Assembly: GCA_005880165.1 (NCBI GenBank)
Contig: VBJP01000005.1
Location: 528 to 36,821, forward strand
Source of the DNA: Chloroflexota bacterium
GTDB taxonomy: Bacteria > Chloroflexota > Limnocylindria > QHBO01
Direction: 5' to 3'
DNA: 36,294 nucleotides
The notes beneath the pieces are model-generated. The model was not told where the DNA came from. It saw only the letters and a program-made list of their open reading frames with translations, and did not search any database. The position numbers and the translations under genes were made by a program. Shown in pieces: positions 17,756 to 25,555 of this stretch (positions are counted from its first letter, which is position 1; the number at the start of each line of letters is the position of its first letter).

Positions 17756-20545
17756 CTACGCAAGCTCGGGCAGCACCTGGGTGCGGCTGAGCGCAGGCGC
17801 GAACAGGTCGCCCACCTCTTCCAGGCGCTTGGGGAGTGTGCGGATCGTCCAGCGATCCGGCCGGAGCTTTGGATCGTCAAGCTCGTCCCACCTGATGGGC
17901 ACCGAGACGGGGCCTCCCGCCGCGGCGCGCACGCTGTACGGGGCGACGAGGGTCTTGATGGAAGCATTCTGGGTGAAGTCGAGGCGGGCGCGCCCACGCC
18001 TAGCCGACTTCGACCACTCCCAGCTGACCAGGTCCGGAACCAGCCGTCCTACCGTACGCGACAGGCTTTCCACCCAGTTGCGGGTGTCGTCGAACGTGTA
18101 TCCCGGCCGAATCGGGATCCAGACCTGGATACCGCGCTTGCCGGTGACCTTCGGCAGGCCAAGGAGGTTCAGGTGCCCGAGCGCGGTGCGGAAGAGCCGC
18201 GCCAGGACGAGCACCTCCTCCCAGGTCGTCTCCAGCCCAGGGTCGATGTCGATCAGGGCGTAGCTGGGCTCATCCGGCTGATCGCCCGTCGATGTCCAGG
18301 GATGCAGCTCCACGGCCGCCTCCTGCGCCAGCCATGCCAGGGTCGCCACCCGATCCACGACCGGATATGTCTTGGGGCCCTCCTGCGAGTGGTGATAGGT
18401 CCAGCGCTGGACCCATGCCGGGGCGTGACCGGGAAGATCCTTTTGCCAGAATCCGCCCTTCCCCACGCCGTTCGGGTAGCGCAGGACGGTGACGCCGCGA
18501 TCGCGCAGGTAGGGCACCAGCACCGGCGCGCAACGCACATAGTGGCGGATCAGGTCTCGCTTGGTGAGCGCGGGCAGCTTGCGCTCCTGGTCAGCCGGGT
18601 AGAGCTCCTTGTCGAGGTTCGTGACCCTGACGATTTCGCCACCCACGCGCCACTCACCACCCTTGTCCATGTCGTCAAGGGCTGCCAGCTCCTCCCCACT
18701 GGCTGCCACCGCCGCCTCGTCATCCGAGGTCGAGCCGCCGGTCTCGGGATCCGCGCGGGGAGGAGCATCATCGGTCGTGCCTCGCCGCGACGGATTTCGA
18801 CGCGCCGCGCCCGCGCGACCCGATGGCCGTTCGACTGGCACCGGCCGCCGGCCGTCGCCCAGCACCCGGCGGACTGGTCCAGCGTCCTCGCGCACCACGC
18901 TGGCGGGGTCCTTCCCGATCTCGACCCCCTTGAACGCCGCCTGGCGCACGAGCCCATCGCGGGTCCACTCGGCGAACTCCGCCCGAATCACGATGCGCGG
19001 CTCGACCCAGTGAACGCGGGGCAGCCGCGGGACTGCGTCGAGCGCTGAGTCCGCACGCTCGATCGCGCGCAATGATGTCAGGAGCTCGCGGCGGGTCCGG
19101 GTGTTGATCCCGCTTCCCACCTGGCCCGCGTGCCGCAGGTGCCCGTCCTCGTTCACCGCGACGACCAACGAGCCGAGGTCCTTGTGCGTGCCCTCTCCCT
19201 CGAGCCAGCCAGCAACGACCAGCTCCTGCTCGCGCCGGAGCTTGATCTTGAGCCACGCTCGGGATCGGCGCCCCGGCTCGTAGGCACTGTCCCGGCGCTT
19301 GGCGATGATCCCCTCGAGTTCCTGCTCGCGTGCGGCCTCCAGAAACGCCTCGCCGTCCGCCTCGACGTGTGGCGCGAAGTGGATCATCGAGTGTGGCCTG
19401 AGCACGCGGCGCAGCAGCGTCTTGCGCTCGTGCAGCGGGACGCTGAGCAACGACTGGCCGTCCAGGTAGAGCAGGTCGAAGACCCAGTAGACCAGCGGAA
19501 TGGCGGCCCGCTCCTCGCGCGAGAGAGGCTTGGCTTCTGGCCGTCGGCGACCGGTGGCGATCTCCAGCCCCCGCAGGCCGGTCCGCTCCTGGAGCCGGCT
19601 GAACGATGGCCGGCCATGCTCGTCGAGCGCCACGACCTCGCCGTCGACCACCGCATCTTGCGCCTTTATCCACGAAGCGGGCCCGGCCAGGTCAGGAAAG
19701 TAGGTCGCGGCGTCCTTCCGGTTCCGCGTCCAGATCCGCGCGCGTCCCTCATGGACGACCGACTCGACGCGATACCCGTCCCACTTGACCTCGAAGAGCC
19801 AGTCCGGCGAGCTGAAGGTCGCATCGACCGGCGTCGCGAGCATGGGCGGGATGAAATCCGGGACCGGTGCCTGGCGCGCACCGTCCAGCTTGAGGATGCC
19901 GGCCGGAGGCGGAGGTGTCGCCGCAAAGCGGGGCGGCGCGTCACTCCCGACCTCATCGTTCGTCCGCCCTGTGCGCACGCTTGCCGGATGCGCTTCCGGA
20001 TCCCATCCCGCGACGGCGTGATCGTCCCGCTTGTGGAGCAGCAGCCAGGAATCCGAGTCGGTCTGGCGTCCGTACTTGTCGCGGCGGCCGCCGGTGCGGA
20101 CCAGGGTGAATCGGCCGCGCAGCTTCTCGCCGAACAGCTCGAATTTCAGCTCGCCCGCCGCCAACGCCGACGTCGGATCATCGGTCTCTTCCGGTTCGTA
20201 GGTGCCCCAGTCCCAGACGATCATGTCCCCCGCGCCGTACTGGCCCCTGGGGATCACACCCTCGAACTCAAGGTACTCAATGGGGTGGTCTTCCGTCCGG
20301 GCGGCAAGACGGCGGGCCGTTGGATCGAGCGTTGGCCCGCGCGGCACCGCCCAGCTGGCCAGCACACCGTTCACCTCGAGGCGAAGGTCGTAGTGAAGGC
20401 GGGTGGCCCGATGGCGCTGCACCACGAAGCGCCCGGCGCCCTCCCCAACCAGGCCTGGCTCCGGTTCGGGAGTCCTACCGAAATCTCGCTTCTTGCGATA
20501 CGTCTCCAGCGGCACATTCGGATGGTATCGCCCCGTGGCGGGCAT
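17756..20545 (-). CDS. ligD: ATP-dependent DNA ligase D with domain order phosphoesterase-ligase-polymerase
   Basis: PE domain: RKKRDFGRTPEP...VVQRHRATRLHYDLRLE. Ligase domain: FEVKWDGYR (KxDG motif). Polymerase domain: VTNLDKELYP...LRYPNGVGKGGFWQKD...IQVWIPI. Confidence 0.9.
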   Translation of the reverse strand: MPATGRYHPNVPLETYRKKRDFGRTPEPEPGLVGEGAGRFVVQRHRATRLHYDLRLEVNGVLASWAVPRGPTLDPTARRLAARTEDHPIEYLEFEGVIPRGQYGAGDMIVWDWGTYEPEETDDPTSALAAGELKFELFGEKLRGRFTLVRTGGRRDKYGRQTDSDSWLLLHKRDDHAVAGWDPEAHPASVRTGRTNDEVGSDAPPRFAATPPPPAGILKLDGARQAPVPDFIPPMLATPVDATFSSPDWLFEVKWDGYRVESVVHEGRARIWTRNRKDAATYFPDLAGPASWIKAQDAVVDGEVVALDEHGRPSFSRLQERTGLRGLEIATGRRRPEAKPLSREERAAIPLVYWVFDLLYLDGQSLLSVPLHERKTLLRRVLRPHSMIHFAPHVEADGEAFLEAAREQELEGIIAKRRDSAYEPGRRSRAWLKIKLRREQELVVAGWLEGEGTHKDLGSLVVAVNEDGHLRHAGQVGSGINTRTRRELLTSLRAIERADSALDAVPRLPRVHWVEPRIVIRAEFAEWTRDGLVRQAAFKGVEIGKDPASVVREDAGPVRRVLGDGRRPVPVERPSGRAGAARRNPSRRGTTDDAPPRADPETGGSTSDDEAAVAASGEELAALDDMDKGGEWRVGGEIVRVTNLDKELYPADQERKLPALTKRDLIRHYVRCAPVLVPYLRDRGVTVLRYPNGVGKGGFWQKDLPGHAPAWVQRWTYHHSQEGPKTYPVVDRVATLAWLAQEAAVELHPWTSTGDQPDEPSYALIDIDPGLETTWEEVLVLARLFRTALGHLNLLGLPKVTGKRGIQVWIPIRPGYTFDDTRNWVESLSRTVGRLVPDLVSWEWSKSARRGRARLDFTQNASIKTLVAPYSVRAAAGGPVSVPIRWDELDDPKLRPDRWTIRTLPKRLEEVGDLFAPALSRTQVLPELA

Positions 20546-20595
20546 GGATCGTGCGCCCCTCGGCGTGCGAGGCAGGACGCAGGAGGAACGCTCGC

Positions 20596-21015
20596 ATGAC
20601 TATGACCATGCCCGCTCGCGATCTCGATCGTCTGAGCCGGAGTGGCCTGACCCCCGCAGATCTGGAGAACCTCGACGACGACCTCACCGGCCGCACCGTC
20701 TACGACCGGCTTGGCGAGGAGATCGGGACGGTCGAGGACGTGCTCGTGGACACGGTGCGGCTCCGGGCGCCGTTCGTATGGGTGAGCTGGGGCGGTCTCC
20801 TCGGGATTGGGAAGCAGCAGCGCCTGATTCCGCTGGAGGCAATCGACCGGGTCACGCCGGAGGGGCTCTATCTCAACCGGGAGAAGCAACTCGTCACGAA
20901 CGCGCCCGCCTACCAGGACAGCCTGGACGGTGAGGACGCAGAGTCTCACTACGCACAGGTCTACGACGCGTACGGGATCACGCCCTACTGGCAGATGGGT
21001 CAGCCCACCGTCTGA
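20596..21015 (+). CDS. PRC-barrel domain protein
   Basis: AGGAGG at 20581-20586 lies 9 nt upstream of the ATG at 20596. The pattern LTGRTVYDRLGEEIGTVEDVLVD...IPLEAI fits a PRC barrel. The upstream part of ORF 20320..21015 overlaps ligD and looks spurious. Confidence 0.7.
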   Translation: MTMTMPARDLDRLSRSGLTPADLENLDDDLTGRTVYDRLGEEIGTVEDVLVDTVRLRAPFVWVSWGGLLGIGKQQRLIPLEAIDRVTPEGLYLNREKQLVTNAPAYQDSLDGEDAESHYAQVYDAYGITPYWQMGQPTV

Positions 21016-21679
21016 GCCGTCTCTCGAGCTCGAGCAGCGACCCAATCACCTCGGCAGCGCCTGCGCCCCGGAGGGCATCTGCGTCCGCTGAGCCGGTCGT
21101 CACCCCGATCGGGTACATCCCCGCCGCCGCTGCTGCCTGCATGTCGAACGTGCTGTCACCCACGTACCAGGTCCCCCTGGGGTCGACCTTCAGCTGACTC
21201 GCAGCCATCAGCAACAGGTCCGGCTCGGGCTTGGCGTGCTCGACGTGGCTGCCGTCCACGATGGACGGTTCCCGTGGCAGGTGAAGGGCATCGACCGAGG
21301 CGCGCACCTGCGCGCGCCGGCTGGAGGTACCGATCGCCCAGGGGATCCCGGCGCGATCGAGCGCCTGCGCCAGCTCGCGAGCTCCGGGAAGCGGTCGCGG
21401 ATCCACGTTCAGGGCCTGGTAGATCTCGCCCGAGCGTCGATCGGTCTCCTCGACCGCCTCCTCGTCGAGCGTTCGCCCAGATTCCTTCGCGATCCGGCGG
21501 GCGAGCGCCTTGCCGTCGGCGCCGATGAGCGGGCTCACCGCCTCGCGCGTGGCGGGAACGCCTACCTCCCTGAAAGCCTGCAGCCAGGCCTCGATTCGGC
21601 GCTCGACGGTGTCGACCAGCGTGCCGTCGAGGTCGAAGATGACGGCATCGGGCCGATCGAGCACGGGCGTCGCGGGCAT
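20978..21679 (-). CDS. HAD-superfamily hydrolase (phosphoglycolate phosphatase / beta-phosphoglucomutase-like subfamily IA)
   Basis: From the ATG at 21679: AVIFDLDGTLVDT (DxDGT), GTSS, the K in HAKPEPD, and YVGDSTFDMQAA. Confidence 0.8.
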   Translation of the reverse strand: MPATPVLDRPDAVIFDLDGTLVDTVERRIEAWLQAFREVGVPATREAVSPLIGADGKALARRIAKESGRTLDEEAVEETDRRSGEIYQALNVDPRPLPGARELAQALDRAGIPWAIGTSSRRAQVRASVDALHLPREPSIVDGSHVEHAKPEPDLLLMAASQLKVDPRGTWYVGDSTFDMQAAAAAGMYPIGVTTGSADADALRGAGAAEVIGSLLELERRLRRWADPSASRA

Positions 21680-21684
21680 CGGTC

Positions 21685-21691
21685 TACGATA
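21685..21691. promoter_or_regulatory. Shared palindromic -10 core (TACGATA) in a 20-bp divergent intergenic gap
   Basis: The plus strand reads TACGAT and the minus strand TATCGT; both fit TANNNT. The minus-strand hexamer ends 7 nt before the A of the HAD ATG (21679). The plus-strand hexamer ends 10 nt before the ATG at 21700. Neither start has an SD. Confidence 0.35.
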
Positions 21692-21699
21692 CCGGCCCG

Positions 21700-22980
21700 A
21701 TGCCCTCCCCAATGGCCCGACACTGGGTGCTGGAGCCCGGCGTCGACTTCCTGAACCACGGTTCCTTTGGTGCAACCCCACGCGTCGTGCTCGCCGCCCA
21801 GCAGGCATGGCGCGATCGGATGGAGGCCGAGCCGGTTCGCTTCCTGGCACGCGACGCCGAGCGGCACCTGGACGAGGCGCGGGAGGCGCTGGGCGGCTTC
21901 GTCGGCGCCGATCCGGAGGATCTTGCTTTCGTGCCGAACGTCACGGCCGGCTTCAACAGCATCCTCCGTTCGCTGACGTTCGAGCCGGGCGACGAGCTGT
22001 TGACCACGGACCACGCCTACAACGCGGCAAAGAACACGCTCGAGTGGGTGGCGCGGCGTTCCGGTGCGCGGGTCGTGGTTGCGAGCGTGCCATTTCCGAT
22101 CCAAAGCCCCGAAGAGGTAGTGGCCGCTGTCCTGGGAGCCGTATCGGGTCGCACGCGGCTTGCGCTGCTCGACCACGTCACCAGCCCCACGGCGCTCATC
22201 TACCCCATCGGCCGCCTCGTGTCGGAGCTGGCGCAGCGGGGTGTCGACACGCTGGTCGACGGAGCGCACGCGCCGGGCATGCTCGACCTCGAGGTGGCTT
22301 CCCTTGGTGCCGCGTACTACACCGGCAACCTGCATAAGTGGGTCTGCGCCCCCAAGGGTGCCGGCTTCCTGTGGGTTCGACGCGACCGACAGGCCGATGT
22401 CCGGCCGGTTGCCATCAGCCACGGTGCCAACTCGCCGCGCGTCGATCGTTCGCGGTTCCGCCTCGAGTTCGACTGGACCGGCACGACGGACCCATCCGCC
22501 TACCTGGCGGTTCCCGAGGCGCTGCGATTCGGGGCCTCGCTGCTGCCCGGTGGATGGGCGGTGCTTCGCCAGCGCAATCACGACCTGGCACTCGCGACGC
22601 GCAATCTCCTCTGCACTTCGCTGGCGGTGGATCCGCCGGCGCCTGACGAGATGATCGGCAGCATGGCGTCGGTTCCGTTCGCTGAATGGGAAACCGGCGG
22701 CGAGGTCCAGGGCATCGACCTGTATGGCGACCCCATTCACGATGCCCTCATCGATCATGGCTTCGAGGTCGTCATCACCCCGTGGCCGCAGCGCCCGGAT
22801 GGCGGACGATGGCGGCGGTTGGTGCGAGTCTCGTGCGCGGCCTACAACGACATGGAGCAGGTGACACGCCTGGCTGCCGTCCTGCCGGGCGTCGTTGCTG
22901 GTACCTCAGGCGGCCGTCGTCGTGGCGCGGCCGCAAGACGACCACCGGAGACGGCCGGAGAGCCGGCCGGGCACGGCTGA
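21700..22980 (+). CDS. Class-V PLP-dependent aminotransferase (isopenicillin-N epimerase / cysteine desulfurase-like)
   Basis: FLNHGSFGATP, LLDHVTSPTA, VDGAHAPG, and NLHKW carrying the PLP lysine. Confidence 0.8.
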   Translation: MPSPMARHWVLEPGVDFLNHGSFGATPRVVLAAQQAWRDRMEAEPVRFLARDAERHLDEAREALGGFVGADPEDLAFVPNVTAGFNSILRSLTFEPGDELLTTDHAYNAAKNTLEWVARRSGARVVVASVPFPIQSPEEVVAAVLGAVSGRTRLALLDHVTSPTALIYPIGRLVSELAQRGVDTLVDGAHAPGMLDLEVASLGAAYYTGNLHKWVCAPKGAGFLWVRRDRQADVRPVAISHGANSPRVDRSRFRLEFDWTGTTDPSAYLAVPEALRFGASLLPGGWAVLRQRNHDLALATRNLLCTSLAVDPPAPDEMIGSMASVPFAEWETGGEVQGIDLYGDPIHDALIDHGFEVVITPWPQRPDGGRWRRLVRVSCAAYNDMEQVTRLAAVLPGVVAGTSGGRRRGAAARRPPETAGEPAGHG

Positions 22981-23582
22981 TGCCCATCGACCCGGCCGAC
23001 CTCGATCCCGATCCGGTCGCGCAGCTCGAGGCCTGGCTGGCGGATGCCGAGGCGGCAGGCCTGCCGCTGGCGAGCGCCTTCGCGCTGGCGACCGCCGGGA
23101 CCGACGGGGAACCAACCGTCCGAATGCTCCTGCTGCGCGGACTCGATCACGACGGTCTGCGCTTCTACACGAATCGCGGCAGCCGAAAGGGTCGCGACTT
23201 GGCCGCCAATCCGCGGGCAGCGGCGGTCTTCCACTGGGCACCGCTGAGCCGTCAGATCCGGGTTGCCGGTCCCGTCCGAGCCATGGACGATCCCGAGTCC
23301 GCCGCCTACTGGACCACTCGCCCGCGAGCCAGCCGACTGTCGGCCTGGGCGTCCGTGCAAGGCATGGAGGTCGCCTCGCGAGCGATCCTCGAGGCGCGCA
23401 TCGACGAGGTCGAGGAGCGCTTCCCTGGAGAGGCAATCCCCCTGCCGCCGTTCTGGGGCGGGTACCGCCTCGTGCCGGACGTGTTCGAGTTCTGGGAAGG
23501 GCGCCCGGACCGTCTCCACGACCGGGTCGAGTATCTCTCCGACGGCTCGGGGGGCTGGCGCCGCCGTCGCCTGCAGCCCTGA
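22980..23582 (+). CDS. pdxH: Pyridoxamine 5'-phosphate oxidase
   Basis: The ATG at 22980 overlaps the upstream stop (TGATG). Motifs RMLLLRG, FYTNRGSRKG, RQIRVAG, FWGGYRLVP, FEFWEGRPDRLHDR and a terminal RLQP. Confidence 0.9.
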   Translation: MPIDPADLDPDPVAQLEAWLADAEAAGLPLASAFALATAGTDGEPTVRMLLLRGLDHDGLRFYTNRGSRKGRDLAANPRAAAVFHWAPLSRQIRVAGPVRAMDDPESAAYWTTRPRASRLSAWASVQGMEVASRAILEARIDEVEERFPGEAIPLPPFWGGYRLVPDVFEFWEGRPDRLHDRVEYLSDGSGGWRRRRLQP

Positions 23583-24476
23583 ATGGGACGCGTTGCCGTC
23601 GTTGGCTCCGCAAACATCGACCACGTCGTCCGCGTACCCCACCTGCCGCGGCCCGGTGAGACGGTCCTGGGCTCCGGCTATGCGCAGCACATGGGCGGGA
23701 AAGGCGCCAACCAGGCGGTGGCCGCCGCTCGCCTGGGCGCAGCCGTGCACTTCGTCGGTGCGGTCGGGACCGATAGCGCAGGCGACCTGACGGTGCAATC
23801 TCTGGAGGCCGAAGGGGTCGACTGCACAGCGGTCGCGCGCAGCGCCGACGCTGCCAGCGGGGTCGCCGTCATCACGGTCGACGACCAGGGCGAGAACCAG
23901 ATCGCCGTGGCACCCGGTGCAAACCTGCTGATCGACTCGGGCGAGGTGGCGGCCAGCATCGCCGCGATCCACCCGGCGCTCGTGTTGGCCGTCCTGGAAA
24001 TCCCGATGGCCATCGTCCTCTCCGCCGCGCAAGCCGCGCGAGACAGCGGCGCGGCGGTGCTGCTCAACGCCGCGCCGGCACAGCCCTTGCCTGACGCGCT
24101 GCTGGCGACCGGCCCGCTGATCAGCGTCAACGCGGACGAGCTGAGGATGGTCGGACCTTCTGCTACCGCCCTGCTCGAGCGCGGCGCCCTAGGCGTCGTC
24201 GTCACCCGGGGCCCCGCAGGGGCGAGCGTCGTCACGCCGGACGGCGAGATCTCGCTTCCCGGCGAGCGAGTCGATACCGTGGTCGACGCCACGGGTGCGG
24301 GTGACACGTTCAGCGGAGCGTTGGCTGCGCTGCTGGCTGACGGCCTGGAGCTGGCTCAGGCCGCCAGGATGGCGAATGCGGCGGCCGGGCTCTCAGTGCG
24401 TCGCGCAGGGGCCCGGGGTGGGATGCCGACCAGGCCTGAGGTCGAGGACTACCTCAAGCGGTCGCCATCGGTCTAG
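23583..24476 (+). CDS. rbsK: PfkB-family sugar kinase, ribokinase-like
   Basis: The ATG directly abuts the pdxH stop. Motifs VVGSANIDH, GGKGANQAVAAARLG and DATGAGDTFSGAL. Confidence 0.8.
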   Translation: MGRVAVVGSANIDHVVRVPHLPRPGETVLGSGYAQHMGGKGANQAVAAARLGAAVHFVGAVGTDSAGDLTVQSLEAEGVDCTAVARSADAASGVAVITVDDQGENQIAVAPGANLLIDSGEVAASIAAIHPALVLAVLEIPMAIVLSAAQAARDSGAAVLLNAAPAQPLPDALLATGPLISVNADELRMVGPSATALLERGALGVVVTRGPAGASVVTPDGEISLPGERVDTVVDATGAGDTFSGALAALLADGLELAQAARMANAAAGLSVRRAGARGGMPTRPEVEDYLKRSPSV

Positions 24477-24907
24477 CCGAAGTGGTGCTCCCGGCGGTGG
24501 ATGCGTGCGATCAGCGCTTTCATGATCGGGACGGCGACCTCAGGGTGCTCCTTCAGCAGCGCGGTGAACTCCCATGCTACGAAGAGGATGCACTCGGTCT
24601 CTTCGGTCGCGCGCACCGTCGCGCTGCGGGCGTGTTCCTCGATCAGTGCCAGCTCACCGAAGAAATCGCCTGGACCCATCTCGCCGACGGGGCTCTGGGC
24701 GTCGCCCTCGCCGCGCTCGACCACGACATGGCCGCGAAGGATGACGTACAGGGCTGAGGCCGGCGCGTCCTGCGAGATGATCGCCTCGCCTGGAGCGTAG
24801 GTCCGCCGTTTTCCCTGCTCGGCGACTCGCTCGAGCGTCCGCTTGTCCAGCCCGGCGAGAAGCGGGACGCTGGCCAGGCTCACTTCTTGGTTCGCGGACT
24901 GATTCAC
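24473..24907 (-). CDS. Stand-alone cyclic-nucleotide-binding (CAP/Crp-type CNB) domain protein with no output domain
   Basis: 144 aa. The phosphate-binding cassette FFGELALIEEHARSATVRA retains the Arg-Ser-Ala. No HTH or other output domain follows. Confidence 0.85.
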   Translation of the reverse strand: MNQSANQEVSLASVPLLAGLDKRTLERVAEQGKRRTYAPGEAIISQDAPASALYVILRGHVVVERGEGDAQSPVGEMGPGDFFGELALIEEHARSATVRATEETECILFVAWEFTALLKEHPEVAVPIMKALIARIHRREHHFG

Positions 24908-25114
24908 GCTCCCTGGGCCCTCCGGCGATGCCAGCTGGCGCTGGCTCGCCGCATCCTACCTTGCCCGGTCCGGGACGCATAGACCGATGCCCTGGCTTCG
25001 CGCTGAATCGACTGGTCTGGACCGCCGAATGCTGACGGAATACATTGATCCAGGCGTTCGGTCGCCGTCGGTGGGCCGGCCCTGACCCTGCGGCGCCGCG
25101 TCGAAGGAGAGGCC

Positions 25115-25552
25115 ATGAACGGGTCCCTGTACGAGCGCCTGGGCGGAAAAGACGCGATCACTGCCGTGATCGATGACTTCGTCGCGCGCTGCGCCGCCGA
25201 CACGCGCATCAACGCCAAATTCATTCGGACCGACATCCCGCGCCTCAAGACGAACCTCGTCGACCAGGTCTGCCAGGCCACCGGCGGGCCGTGCACCTAC
25301 ACGGGTCGTGACATGCGGACCACGCACGATGGCATGGCCGTCACCGCCGGCGAGTTCGACGCGCTGGTGGAGAATCTCGTCGCAACCCTTGATCGGTTCA
25401 ACGTCGGGGACGCCGAGAAGTCGGAGCTGCTGGGCGCCCTGGCACCTTTGCGCGCGGACATCGTCGAAGTGGAGTCCGGCGAGACGGGCACGCAGCTTCC
25501 CGACGCCTACCGGAATGCGCCCGCCACGGCGGCCACGGCAGCCCTCAACTAG
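25115..25552 (+). CDS. glbN: Group-I truncated haemoglobin (trHbN)
   Basis: GAAGGAGAGG SD upstream of the ATG at 25115. The sequence SLYERLGGKDAITAVIDDFVARCAADTRINAKF...GRDMRTTHDGMAVTAGEFDALV fits the trHb fold, including the proximal His. Confidence 0.85.
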   Translation: MNGSLYERLGGKDAITAVIDDFVARCAADTRINAKFIRTDIPRLKTNLVDQVCQATGGPCTYTGRDMRTTHDGMAVTAGEFDALVENLVATLDRFNVGDAEKSELLGALAPLRADIVEVESGETGTQLPDAYRNAPATAATAALN

Positions 25553-25555
25553 CCG

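Noticed and set aside
17756-21015. A Ku gene hidden next to ligD.
   Set aside because: The flanking ORFs (XRE-TPR and PRC-barrel) show no Ku-core features, and the gaps are too small or lack coding signal.
24908-25114. A CRP/FNR-type operator in the divergent region between the CNB gene and trHbN (TTGAT half-site near 25037; direct repeats GGTCCGGGAC and GGTCTGGACC).
   Set aside because: There is no symmetric second half-site and the repeats are imperfect. The adjacent CNB protein also has no DNA-binding domain, so no specific site is predicted.
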